64,000 nt of DNA, taken from IMG/VR virus record IMGVR_UViG_3300025137_005002, positions 12,479 through 76,478 of that record; one strand, 5' to 3'. The notes beneath the pieces were generated by a model. It was not told where the DNA came from, did no database searches, and was given only the letters and a program-made list of their open reading frames with translations. The position numbers and the translations under genes are program-made. Positions 29,684 through 39,231 of the stretch are shown piece by piece; the first letter of the stretch is position 1; each line of letters begins with the position of its first letter. Source of the stretch: a virus.

Positions 29684-31166
29684 AGATCCAGAAGAGTATC
29701 AGCAGAGTATAAAAGATAAAGGCTGTTCAGGCTTTTGTCCTATACCCTGGGTTAGTCTAGGAGTTAATAACAACGGTGACTATCGTATGTGTGTTCAAGC
29801 CGCGGCTAATAGAAAAGATAATATCAGAGGACAATGCAAAGGTACTGATGGTGTTACTATGCGTATTGAAGATACAAGTATTGCCGACAGTCGCAACAGT
29901 GAAGTAATGAAAGAAACACGTCGCGATATGATTGCCGGTAAAAGAAGTGAACATTGTGTCAGATGTAACAAGGAAGATGATGCTGGTTCTAGTAGTAGAC
30001 GTTGGCTGGACTTAAAAAAGTATTGGCAAGAGTTTGATATTGATGATGCAATAGAAAACACTAACGAAGATGGAAGTATAGACACAGAAGAATATCCGCT
30101 ATTAGATTTAGATTTAAGACTAGACAATACTTGTAACTTAAAATGTAGAATGTGTGGGCCTACTGAAAGTCATCAATGGTACACTGAATGGGTTAAGACA
30201 AGTGGGTATAATAAATTTAAAGCATATGATCATACAGTTAATTTAGAGATGAAAGGCAATCGTGCTCAGATAGTTGGAAAAAGTCCTTATGGTTGGTCTG
30301 ATAGAGTAGATGTTGCAAACATACTACAGAAAGATGCTCCTCATTTAAAACAAATATACATGAGTGGAGGAGAACCGTTAATCATTAAACAACAATATGA
30401 ACTATTGCAAAAGTATATTGATAATGGAACTGCAAAAGACCTAGAAGTAGATTACAATACAAACTTTACTAGTATTCCACAACGTGCATTGGATCAATGG
30501 AAAGAGTTTAAACAAGTTAATATTGGCGGAAGTGTAGACGGTATTGACAAAGTTAATGACTATGTTAGGTATCCAAGCAAGTGGAGTCAAGTAAAAGATA
30601 ACATAAAGAAATTAGATACACAAACAGAAGACAATGTAACTTGTTGGTTAACATATACTTGGCAGATATTAAATGTGTTAAGTGTAACAGACTTAATTGA
30701 ATACTGTTTAGAACAAGACTTCGTTAAGTTTAATAGGTACAGTCAAAGTGCTTTCTTTACATATCACCCTGTACATAATCCTGCGTATTATTGTGTAACT
30801 AGTTTACCTGATAGTGCTAAAGAATATGTTACAAATCATATTAACAACTGGAAAAACGGTTGGTTTACTGATTGGTGTAATAGTAAACCTAAAGACTATA
30901 AAATGTCTAATACTAATTATAAAATGAGACATCATGGACAAATTATAAGAGATTGGGATCATGGCATTGATGGACTATATGATGTAACAGAGAAACAATT
31001 AGATTCAATGTTAAATTTTATGCATGGTAGCAGTACAACAGAACATATGCCAGAGATGTGGAGACGTACACAAATACTTGATAAGAGTAGAGGAGAAAAC
31101 TTTGAAGAAGTTTATCCTGAACTTGCAGTTCATATTAAAAAACACTTAGGTATTAGTAATGATTAA
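29655..31166 (+). CDS. Radical SAM protein with N-terminal twitch domain (type A)
   Basis: FCPIPW..RMC..CVRC; CNLKCRMC; SGGEP. Confidence 0.9.
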   Translation: MKHFDRTHYKDPEEYQQSIKDKGCSGFCPIPWVSLGVNNNGDYRMCVQAAANRKDNIRGQCKGTDGVTMRIEDTSIADSRNSEVMKETRRDMIAGKRSEHCVRCNKEDDAGSSSRRWLDLKKYWQEFDIDDAIENTNEDGSIDTEEYPLLDLDLRLDNTCNLKCRMCGPTESHQWYTEWVKTSGYNKFKAYDHTVNLEMKGNRAQIVGKSPYGWSDRVDVANILQKDAPHLKQIYMSGGEPLIIKQQYELLQKYIDNGTAKDLEVDYNTNFTSIPQRALDQWKEFKQVNIGGSVDGIDKVNDYVRYPSKWSQVKDNIKKLDTQTEDNVTCWLTYTWQILNVLSVTDLIEYCLEQDFVKFNRYSQSAFFTYHPVHNPAYYCVTSLPDSAKEYVTNHINNWKNGWFTDWCNSKPKDYKMSNTNYKMRHHGQIIRDWDHGIDGLYDVTEKQLDSMLNFMHGSSTTEHMPEMWRRTQILDKSRGENFEEVYPELAVHIKKHLGISND

Positions 31167-32253
31167 ATTAGAAGATTTAGAATCAATACAATTAGAAATT
31201 ACAAGTAATTGTAATGCTATGTGTTTAGATTGTGCTAGAAACATTGACGGAGTAAAACTTAATCCATATGTAGAGTTTGGTAAAGCAGGAAACATGAGCT
31301 TCGAGTTATTTAAAAGTATACTTAACAAAAAGACATTACCTAACTTTAAGAAGTTAGAACTAGATGGTAACTTTGGTGATAGTTTAATACATCCGCAGAG
31401 TTACGAGTTTATGGAATACTATTGTAATGAGTTTCCAGGAACTGGTATTGAGATTAACTCTAACGGATCTTATAATGATACAGACTGGTGGTATAAGTTA
31501 GGAAAGTTATTATCCACACATCTTAAAAAGAGACCCGAGCATATTAAGTTTGGTATAGACGGAGTAGACTTTGAAACACACGGAATATACAGACGTAACT
31601 TAGATTACAATAAAATTATAGATAATGCAAAAGCATTTATAGATGGCGGAGGTGTTGCTACATGGAAGTTTTTAGAATTTGACCACAACACACATCAAGT
31701 TGAACAAGCAAGACAGATAGCAAAAGAATTAGGCTTTAAGAGATTTTATTTAAAAGCAACAAGAAATAAAACAAGAGTAATTGAAGAAACTTTAGATAAT
31801 AAATCTTACAAAGTAACCGGACAAGCAACAAAGAAAAAAGAACATATTGAAATAGACTCAATGGATAAGGCTACAAGAAATGTTTTAGAAAATCATATAA
31901 AAAGTATTGTAAGTGATACTGAAAACTTTTATGATACAAGTACAGTCCGTTGTCCGTGGCAAAAACGTAAGATGATACAAATAGATTACGATGGTAGAAT
32001 ATATCAGTGTTGTCATATTGGTGGAAAATATGGTAGAGCAAAGAACTTTAGACATAAAGAGTATCAATATTACATTGACAAATATGGTATTGATTGGAAT
32101 AACTTAAATATACATACACTACAAGAAGTTTTTGATCATCCATATTGGAAAGATCTCGACGAAAGTTTTGATAATAGTATAAATGACAAATCAAATCCAA
32201 GAATTAAAAGATGTGTTGAAAAATGTTCAGCAGAATTATGGGGTAAAGCATGA
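31159..32253 (+). CDS. Radical SAM protein with C-terminal twitch domain (type B)
   Basis: CNAMCLDC, DGNFGD, FGIDG, C..QCC..CVEKC. Confidence 0.9.
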   Translation: MIKLEDLESIQLEITSNCNAMCLDCARNIDGVKLNPYVEFGKAGNMSFELFKSILNKKTLPNFKKLELDGNFGDSLIHPQSYEFMEYYCNEFPGTGIEINSNGSYNDTDWWYKLGKLLSTHLKKRPEHIKFGIDGVDFETHGIYRRNLDYNKIIDNAKAFIDGGGVATWKFLEFDHNTHQVEQARQIAKELGFKRFYLKATRNKTRVIEETLDNKSYKVTGQATKKKEHIEIDSMDKATRNVLENHIKSIVSDTENFYDTSTVRCPWQKRKMIQIDYDGRIYQCCHIGGKYGRAKNFRHKEYQYYIDKYGIDWNNLNIHTLQEVFDHPYWKDLDESFDNSINDKSNPRIKRCVEKCSAELWGKA

Positions 32254-33572
32254 GTAAAACATACTGTCCTATTCCTTGGAACTTCCAAGCAGTAAGAAAC
32301 AATGGTGATGTTCGTATTTGCTGTCAAGCAAATGTAACAAAGAACCAGGGTGTGGTTAGACATAAAGATGGCACACCTTATAATGCAGGAAGAGATAGTT
32401 TAGTTAGAGCCCGTAATGCCGACCTTATGAAAATTGTTCGTAAGAATATGTTAGCAGGTATATGGAGTGACGAGTGTAAGAGGTGTAAGCAAGAGGAAGA
32501 AGTTGGACTTAATAGTAGACGTCAATATGAATTACAAACTTGGAGTAAACTTGATATAAAAGAAGCACGAGCACTTACTAAAGTCGATGGAACTATTGAT
32601 ACAGAACGTGCTCCAATAAATTACTACGATTTAAGATTTGGTAACTTATGCAATTTGCAGTGTCGTATGTGTGGACCTACTGATAGTCATAGTTGGTATG
32701 AACAATGGACTGACTATCATAAAGAAGAAGGCTTTCAAGATACACATGGATACGTTAAGTTAAATCGTAATAAAAAAGGTAGATTAGAAACTAAAGATTA
32801 TAGTTGGCACGGATCTACAAGTTTTTGGAATAATATTGAAAAGAATTTAGATAAAATTCAGCACGTTTATATGGCAGGCGGTGAACCTATGATGATTGAA
32901 CGTCATTACGAGTTCCTAGAGAAGTGTGTTAAGAAAGATGTTGCTAAAAACATATTAATTGAATACAATACTAACATGACAAACTTACCTGACAAAGTAT
33001 TAGAGTACTGGAAGCATTTTAAAGAAGTTAGAGTTGGTGCAAGTATAGATGGTATGGGAGAAGTATTAGAGTATCAACGTTATCCAATTAAGTGGGAACA
33101 GGCAAAGAAGAATTTAGATAAACTAGATAAGTTTGCACAAGAAAACAGTAACATAATGGCATGGATAGCCTACACTGTTACAGTGAATAATGTTTGGCAC
33201 TTGCCTGAGTTTATGTTATGGAAAGTTAAATCAAGTGGCTGGAAGAAGATTAACAGTACAATGAAAAGACCAGTAATAACTCATCATGTTGCACATGGTC
33301 CAAAGAGAATGAACTTAAAGATATTGCCTCCGCATTTAAAAGAAACTTTAGAAGCAGTTTATAATAATTGGAAAGCCATATTTGCTAGTGAGTTTACTGA
33401 ATTACAAACAGAAAAGGCTTGCAAAATCCTTGATAGTGTGTTACAATTTACTAAATCAGAAGATTATGATCAATTAGACGAATACATCAAATTCACAAAA
33501 TATTTGGATAGAACTAGGAAACAAGATATCACAAAAGTTGTTCCTAGATACAAGGATTTGTTTAATGATTAA
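32250..33572 (+). CDS. Radical SAM protein with N-terminal twitch domain (type A)
   Basis: YCPIPW..ICC..CKRC; CNLQCRMC; AGGEP. Confidence 0.9.
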   Translation: MSKTYCPIPWNFQAVRNNGDVRICCQANVTKNQGVVRHKDGTPYNAGRDSLVRARNADLMKIVRKNMLAGIWSDECKRCKQEEEVGLNSRRQYELQTWSKLDIKEARALTKVDGTIDTERAPINYYDLRFGNLCNLQCRMCGPTDSHSWYEQWTDYHKEEGFQDTHGYVKLNRNKKGRLETKDYSWHGSTSFWNNIEKNLDKIQHVYMAGGEPMMIERHYEFLEKCVKKDVAKNILIEYNTNMTNLPDKVLEYWKHFKEVRVGASIDGMGEVLEYQRYPIKWEQAKKNLDKLDKFAQENSNIMAWIAYTVTVNNVWHLPEFMLWKVKSSGWKKINSTMKRPVITHHVAHGPKRMNLKILPPHLKETLEAVYNNWKAIFASEFTELQTEKACKILDSVLQFTKSEDYDQLDEYIKFTKYLDRTRKQDITKVVPRYKDLFND

Positions 33573-34284
33573 AGAAGGATATAAAGGTCTAAACAATTCA
33601 GTATACATTGATAATGGATTTAGAATACAAATAGAATCTAGTACTAGATGTAACTGCTTATGTCCTGGTTGTGCTAGAACAAAAATTAAACAAAAGTTTG
33701 ACGCAGGAAAAAGTAACTTAATGTATCCAATTATGGATATGTCATTAGAAGACTTTAAACTATTAGTCCGACCAGAGAACAATATATTTAGAATAACTTA
33801 TAGTCTTACACTAGGAGATCCTATATATAGTGGATCGTTCTTAGAACAGTTAGAATATTTAAATACTTTAGAGAAACGTCCTTGGATTAATTTACATACA
33901 AACGGAAGTGGTCGTTCTAAAGACTGGTGGTATAAACTAGGTAAACTATTAAAAGGCAGAGACAGAGTTGAGTTTGCTATAGATGGTTTAGAAGATACAA
34001 ACAAAATTTATAGAATAAATTCTAAATGGAAAACAATTATAGAAGGCATTAAAACATTAAAACATAGTATAGATGAAATTGATAGTGATGCCGAAGTAGA
34101 TGTTAGACACATTATATTTGAACACAACTATCATCAAACTATCGAAGTTTGCAAACTAGCACAAGAACTAAAGGCTAATACTTTGCGTATTTTTGTTGGT
34201 GATGGTAGAACGCCAAAGCATATGATTTTAAAAAGTAAAGGGTGGGATATAATTAAGAAAGAAGTAAATGATTATCTATCCTAA
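33565..34284 (+). CDS. Radical SAM core domain (type B) without twitch domain
   Basis: CNCLCPGC, LGDP, HTNG, FAIDGL, FEHNYHQ; ends before auxiliary Cys region. Confidence 0.85.
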   Translation: MIKEGYKGLNNSVYIDNGFRIQIESSTRCNCLCPGCARTKIKQKFDAGKSNLMYPIMDMSLEDFKLLVRPENNIFRITYSLTLGDPIYSGSFLEQLEYLNTLEKRPWINLHTNGSGRSKDWWYKLGKLLKGRDRVEFAIDGLEDTNKIYRINSKWKTIIEGIKTLKHSIDEIDSDAEVDVRHIIFEHNYHQTIEVCKLAQELKANTLRIFVGDGRTPKHMILKSKGWDIIKKEVNDYLS

Positions 34285-34618
34285 ATGCAAATATAGAGAT
34301 GACCAAGTTCCTATCCTAAGAGTAGATGGATACGTTGGACCTTGTTGTCACTTTGGAGGAGAACAACCCTGGTATGATTTAAAACAATTACTAGGAGAGA
34401 AGATAGAACAATTACATATAACAAAAGGAACTATGGATGAAATTAATCGTAGTGAAGCAAGTTATATGATTGAACAAAGTTTTACAGAAGCACCTATGGA
34501 TACTTGTAAACAAATGTGTGATAAACCTTTTTTAGAAACAAGTAAAAAGAGTGGCTTTAGTACTGCTAACAACAAAGTAATGATTAAGAATTTAAACAAG
34601 AGTAGATTAGATGATTGA
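34268..34618 (+). CDS. Stand-alone twitch/SPASM auxiliary Fe-S domain
   Basis: PKC..DGYVGPCCH..TCKQMC, same Cys pattern as type B C-termini. Confidence 0.8.
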   Translation: MIIYPKCKYRDDQVPILRVDGYVGPCCHFGGEQPWYDLKQLLGEKIEQLHITKGTMDEINRSEASYMIEQSFTEAPMDTCKQMCDKPFLETSKKSGFSTANNKVMIKNLNKSRLDD

Positions 34619-34940
34619 TATTTTAATTAAATCTATAATAGGTGGACTAATAATTGGAATAGTTAGTACGTTGGCACAGAAGAACCCAACTGCTGGTGCA
34701 TTTATAATGGGCATACCTTTAGTAAGTATTATTACATTAAGTATTATGCATTATAGTGGCGTTGACTATCAAACGTTTAGAACATTCTCATATCAAACTG
34801 TTTACTTTGTAGCAATAAGTTTAGTATTCTTTCCTATCTTTGTTGCACTTTATAACTACAACTTTTGGTTTGCTTTACTAGGTAGTGCAACTATAACAGG
34901 TGCTTTAATGTTAGCCAGTGTTAAACTTTTGGACTTTTAA
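34611..34940 (+). CDS. Four-TM membrane protein (DUF3147/GlpM-like)
   Basis: IKSIIGGLIIGIVS..GAFIMGIPLVS hydrophobic pattern. Confidence 0.6.
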   Translation: MIDILIKSIIGGLIIGIVSTLAQKNPTAGAFIMGIPLVSIITLSIMHYSGVDYQTFRTFSYQTVYFVAISLVFFPIFVALYNYNFWFALLGSATITGALMLASVKLLDF

Positions 34941-36050
34941 ATGACTGATTTAAAAACTAGTGAATATGATTTTAGTGCTATACCCTACAATGATTTAGTT
35001 AGTGTAGGACAACGTACTTTAATACATAGGGATATATTTACAGTAAGTTGGCTACTAGGAAGATTCTGTAATTATAAATGTAGTTATTGTTGGCCCTATG
35101 CTCGTAGTGACAGAAAAGATCATAGACCTTTAGAACTTTGTTTAAAAACAATAGATGAGATTAAAAGACAGGCTAGAGAAAATAACTTTAACAGTTTTCA
35201 CTTTAGTTTAAGTGGAGGAGAACCAACTTTCCACCCAGGCTATTTAGATATAATGAAACATTTATCTGATGATGCACAAAATACGAATTATACAAGTGTA
35301 CATATGACTAGCAACTGTAGTCGAAACATGAAATGGTTTCAAACATATGTTGATTACGCAAGTAAGTTTCACAGGGCTAGTATCACTTGTAGTTTACACG
35401 TTGAACACGTTAACAATAAAGAAAAAATGCAACAATTGGCAGACAAGTTAATACTATGTCAAGAACATGATGTACAAGTTACAATTAATATGGTTATGGT
35501 ACCACAGTTATTTGATCAGTATTATGAAAATGCATTGTTCTTTCATAACCAAAACATTAACGTAACACTAAAGCCTATGAGTGATCCTACGGCGAGTAGA
35601 GTTGTAGATGGATATACAGAAGAAATGAAGCAAAAACTGTATAATGATATGCCACAACGTGCTTATACAGAACAAAAAAATAAATATGTAATAAGACCGA
35701 AGCCGAATTGGAAACCCTTACCGGAAATGAAATTAGACAACGGCACTGTACCACAACATTTTCAAGTTGAGTTTGAAGATAGCAAAGGCAAGAAATGGTA
35801 CATGGATCAAGCAGAACGTTTTAATGCGTTTAACTTTAACAAATTCAAAGGCTGGAATTGTAACGCAGGATACCAAGGAGTTATCATAAGAGAACCAGAC
35901 GGTTCGATTAAGCGAAGTTATAGTTGCAGTGATGTTCCATTAGGGAATATTGAAACAGGATTTAAATTATTTGATAAGCCGATGCCTTGTATATCACAAA
36001 GTTGTGTATCAAGTGCAGACAGTAAAATACCGAAAAGAAAGATTATATGA
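34941..36050 (+). CDS. Radical SAM protein (third type) with C-terminal twitch-like domain
   Basis: CNYKCSYC, SGGEP, MTSN, WNCNAG..SC..PC..SC. Confidence 0.88.
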   Translation: MTDLKTSEYDFSAIPYNDLVSVGQRTLIHRDIFTVSWLLGRFCNYKCSYCWPYARSDRKDHRPLELCLKTIDEIKRQARENNFNSFHFSLSGGEPTFHPGYLDIMKHLSDDAQNTNYTSVHMTSNCSRNMKWFQTYVDYASKFHRASITCSLHVEHVNNKEKMQQLADKLILCQEHDVQVTINMVMVPQLFDQYYENALFFHNQNINVTLKPMSDPTASRVVDGYTEEMKQKLYNDMPQRAYTEQKNKYVIRPKPNWKPLPEMKLDNGTVPQHFQVEFEDSKGKKWYMDQAERFNAFNFNKFKGWNCNAGYQGVIIREPDGSIKRSYSCSDVPLGNIETGFKLFDKPMPCISQSCVSSADSKIPKRKII

Positions 36051-36229
36051 AAACTACAAGAGGAATCTTTGCAGGACTAGACGAGGAATCGTTCAACAAA
36101 ATTAAAAAAACTTTTAATGTTGAAGAAGCAAAGGTTGAACCAAAAAAGAAAACCAACCAAGAGAAGAAACACTATGGAAAGAACAAAAGAAGAAATAGTA
36201 AAAGAAATAAAGACGATAATAGAAAATAA
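36047..36229 (+). CDS. Small hypothetical protein
   Basis: ATGA coupling; overlaps nfuA start by 56 nt. Confidence 0.4.
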   Translation: MKTTRGIFAGLDEESFNKIKKTFNVEEAKVEPKKKTNQEKKHYGKNKRRNSKRNKDDNRK

Positions 36230-36515
36230 CATTCAGCCAAACGTTGCTATGCACGGTGGCGAAATTGTCTTTAAAGACTTTGATGTTGATTCTGGCAACG
36301 TACTAGTAATGTTAAGTGGATCTTGTTCAGGATGTTCTAGCAGTATGGTAACACTTAAACTAGGTGTTGAGAATATGCTAAAACATTATGTAAAAGAAGT
36401 CACAGGGATCACAGGCGTAGACGATCCTAACTTTAACGATCCATATTACACAAACTACGATACATTTCAAGAAGAAGAATACTATAGTACAGATGAGTAT
36501 AAAAAAGAAGATTAA
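36174..36515 (+). CDS. nfuA: NifU-C/NfuA Fe-S carrier
   Basis: IQPNVAMHGGEI..LSGSCSGCSSS..TLKLGVENML. Confidence 0.9.
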   Translation: MERTKEEIVKEIKTIIENNIQPNVAMHGGEIVFKDFDVDSGNVLVMLSGSCSGCSSSMVTLKLGVENMLKHYVKEVTGITGVDDPNFNDPYYTNYDTFQEEEYYSTDEYKKED

Positions 36516-36897
36516 TAATTGGGGCGAAGACTTACAACTACTAGAAGGGCAAGACAGGTTACAATACCTAGTTGACCTAGCTCGTAATGCCACATCATTA
36601 CCTCCAGAAATGAGAACTGACGAACGACTTGTTCCAGGTTGTATCAGTAAAATTTGGGTAGATGTGGGTTTAGTAGAAAACAAAGTTAAAGTATATTACG
36701 ATAGTGATGCTTTAATACCAAAAGGTATAGCAACAATAGTTTGTGATATATTTACTGACAGTACTAAAGACGAAGCATTGAATCTTGCTACGGAAGATTT
36801 AGAACCACTAGGATTTATGCAATTAGTAACACCACAGAGACGTAACGGACTCTTTAACCTAATAGGTGTAATAAAAGGGAAAGTAGAAAGGTTGTAA
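36493..36897 (+). CDS. sufE: SufE sulfur-acceptor protein
   Basis: DRLQYLVDLA, VPGCISKIW, DSDALIPKG, TPQRRNGL. Confidence 0.92.
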   Translation: MSIKKKINNWGEDLQLLEGQDRLQYLVDLARNATSLPPEMRTDERLVPGCISKIWVDVGLVENKVKVYYDSDALIPKGIATIVCDIFTDSTKDEALNLATEDLEPLGFMQLVTPQRRNGLFNLIGVIKGKVERL

Positions 36898-37550
36898 TGG
36901 AATATAAGGGCATCAGTGAATCCGAATTTCATTTTGTTATCCCGGAAGTAAAAACTCCGTTAAAAGAATTAACAGAATTATATAACAAAGTAAAAGACTA
37001 TTCCTATACATGGAACGATTACAAGAAGAAATATGATCCAAATAAACATCATCAGCCTAGAGGAGATGGTGGATTAGGAGCAGTATATTCTCCAGACTTA
37101 GAAGGTATAGAAATAAAAGACTACCCTGTAGTAAAGGAGTTCTTAAGAAACTTTATTTTTTATCAACCAGATGAAAAAGATATTAATAACGAAAGTGGAT
37201 TAGAAGGAAATGATGTTACTTTTATGACATACGAGCCTGGCTTTGTATTTAAGAAACATACTGATAGAGAAATGCAATACAATCTTATGATGCCTATACT
37301 CCCATTAACTAATAATGAACCTATACATTATTGGGTAGGAGAAGATAAAGACAGGGATATTACGGATAAGAAAGTAGCAACTGTTTACTATAATTTTGAT
37401 CACCCAACAGTTTGTAATGGTAAGGCTTTACATAGTGTAGACGAAATTAAAGAACATAGAGTTATATTTAGAATTAAACTTGCTAAAGAATCATTTGAAT
37501 CAATTAGAGAAAGGTATAAACGAGGTACATTTTTAAATGTTAATGACTAA
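36897..37550 (+). CDS. 2OG-Fe(II) oxygenase-like protein
   Basis: KHTD (HxD), LHSV, RVIFRI. Confidence 0.55.
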   Translation: MEYKGISESEFHFVIPEVKTPLKELTELYNKVKDYSYTWNDYKKKYDPNKHHQPRGDGGLGAVYSPDLEGIEIKDYPVVKEFLRNFIFYQPDEKDINNESGLEGNDVTFMTYEPGFVFKKHTDREMQYNLMMPILPLTNNEPIHYWVGEDKDRDITDKKVATVYYNFDHPTVCNGKALHSVDEIKEHRVIFRIKLAKESFESIRERYKRGTFLNVND

Positions 37551-38091
37551 AGAACTAACGCCAGAGATGGATACTTGTTTACAAAAATTTTGTAAGAAGT
37601 GTGAAGAACTAGGTTATATGAATAATACATTTTCAGCAATGAAGTATGATTGGTTACGACAACAAGGAGGTATATGGCATTGTGTATCACACGGAGGACT
37701 TGAAGCAGGTTACGGAGATATATTAAGTTTAGCAGGATGTCATCCATTACCAGAAGTAAACGACAATGCGTGGAGAGTAATGTTTAGAGGTGTACAATTA
37801 CCAGGACATTATGGATTTGGGTTAAGTAAGTATCATATGAATGCCTTAACATGGAGGTATATACTTCCTAAACAGTTAGAGTTTATCGGACCAGACAAAG
37901 AAATTTATATCACTACAAACATGAATAATGATGCTAGTGGTAAAATGAACAAGACACATCGCTTGTTTCAAAGACTAAAAGTACTAGGAATGGTAGAACA
38001 TCATAATGATATGGAGTTATACTTTACTAGACAATCGGTGTGGAAACTTAATAGAGAAATGTACATGGAGGTACGAGCTAATGTGGTTTAA
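37543..38091 (+). CDS. Hypothetical protein, possibly GNAT-like
   Basis: Coupled ORF; LSLAGCH..WRVMFRG strand pattern, weak. Confidence 0.45.
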   Translation: MTKELTPEMDTCLQKFCKKCEELGYMNNTFSAMKYDWLRQQGGIWHCVSHGGLEAGYGDILSLAGCHPLPEVNDNAWRVMFRGVQLPGHYGFGLSKYHMNALTWRYILPKQLEFIGPDKEIYITTNMNNDASGKMNKTHRLFQRLKVLGMVEHHNDMELYFTRQSVWKLNREMYMEVRANVV

Positions 38092-38368
38092 TTGGAATCA
38101 TCTTAGAGAAGCCGAAAAGCATGGTGGCAATAAAGGAACAAACGCAGTAGTTCTTTATTTCAAACATGGCTGGGTAAGTATAAAAGAAGCATGGAGTTTA
38201 TTGTTATTATGTATAGCAAGTATCCTACACGCAATTTGCCCACCGTTGTTTGACTTTAAATTATTAGAACTAAGATTAAAATATGATGAAAAGTTATATG
38301 ACTTTGTTCCAACACACCCTGCTTGGGATAGCCTAAGAAAAAAAATAGCAAAAAAGAAAAAGAAGTAA
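38081..38368 (+). CDS. Hypothetical protein (DUF6356-like)
   Basis: HL....YFKH..IASILHAICP.LF motif. Confidence 0.55.
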   Translation: MWFNWNHLREAEKHGGNKGTNAVVLYFKHGWVSIKEAWSLLLLCIASILHAICPPLFDFKLLELRLKYDEKLYDFVPTHPAWDSLRKKIAKKKKK

Positions 38369-38371
38369 TTA

Positions 38372-39097
38372 ATGCAATACGAAGAACTGCAAAAGATTAT
38401 TAGTAATGGTATCACTATTCAATCAAGTGGTACAACAGGAACACCTAAACGAATAGAACAAACTCCTGCTAAACTAAAAGCGGCTGATGAAGTTGCAATA
38501 GATAGTCAACAACTTACTAGTAACTCTAAAATTTATACAATATGTAAAACAACTCATGCTGGAGGTTTGTTAGCACAAACTTTACCTGGCATTCGTATTG
38601 GAGCAGAAGTTATTGTAGAAGACTTTAATGCATACAGGTTTGTTAGAGAAGTTACAAAGTATACGCATACGCATATTACACCTGACCATGGCAAAGCAAT
38701 AATAAAAACTAAAGGCTGGAGAGATTTAGATTTAACAGGATTATGGGTAACTTGTGGTAGTGACAGAGTTCCGTGGTATTTAATAAGTGCCTTTGTTAGT
38801 AAAGGTGCAACGTTTATGACTAATTGGGGAATGACAGAGATAGGACCTTGTGCTATCAATACAGTTTTTGATAGTATGGACAAGGTAGAAGAATATAGAA
38901 GTAAAATTATACACGGTATGAATGGCGACGAATCTTTACCAATATTAGGAGATAGATTCTACTGTGATTACCAAATATCTGAATGGAATGAACTAATTGT
39001 TAAAGGAGATATATGCGTATATAATGATTGGTTTAAAACTGGAGATAAAGTAGTAACTAAACAAGACATATTATATTATGATGGGAGAATAAAATGA
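38372..39097 (+). CDS. Minimal AMP-binding (ANL adenylate-forming) enzyme
   Basis: SSGTTGTPK P-loop, WGMTE, ELIVKG, WFKTGD, GR; only 241 aa. Confidence 0.85.
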   Translation: MQYEELQKIISNGITIQSSGTTGTPKRIEQTPAKLKAADEVAIDSQQLTSNSKIYTICKTTHAGGLLAQTLPGIRIGAEVIVEDFNAYRFVREVTKYTHTHITPDHGKAIIKTKGWRDLDLTGLWVTCGSDRVPWYLISAFVSKGATFMTNWGMTEIGPCAINTVFDSMDKVEEYRSKIIHGMNGDESLPILGDRFYCDYQISEWNELIVKGDICVYNDWFKTGDKVVTKQDILYYDGRIK

Positions 39098-39231
39098 TAC
39101 TAGACTTTTTCGTATTAGTTTTAATTATTATTGGGTCAGGCATACTTTATAGTTTTTTATGGAGTTGGCACAAAGACAAAGAATGGCGACGTAACAATCC
39201 AGATGAACATAACATAAAAGAAAAAGAATGA
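39094..39231 (+). CDS. Small membrane peptide (45 aa)
   Basis: ATGA overlaps at both ends; hydrophobic N-terminus. Confidence 0.5.
   Translation: MILDFFVLVLIIIGSGILYSFLWSWHKDKEWRRNNPDEHNIKEKE

Noticed and set aside
11471-36050. RiPP (peptide-modifying rSAM/SPASM) interpretation
   Set aside because: No PqqD/RRE domain, repeated precursor peptides, leader peptidase or exporter seen. Neighbouring enzymes are sugar-directed. Not formally excluded.
34941-36050. Viperin-like enzyme (CNYKC motif resemblance)
   Set aside because: Lacks the viperin NYH..CFHT context and carries a C-terminal Cys cluster; the similarity is generic to rSAMs.
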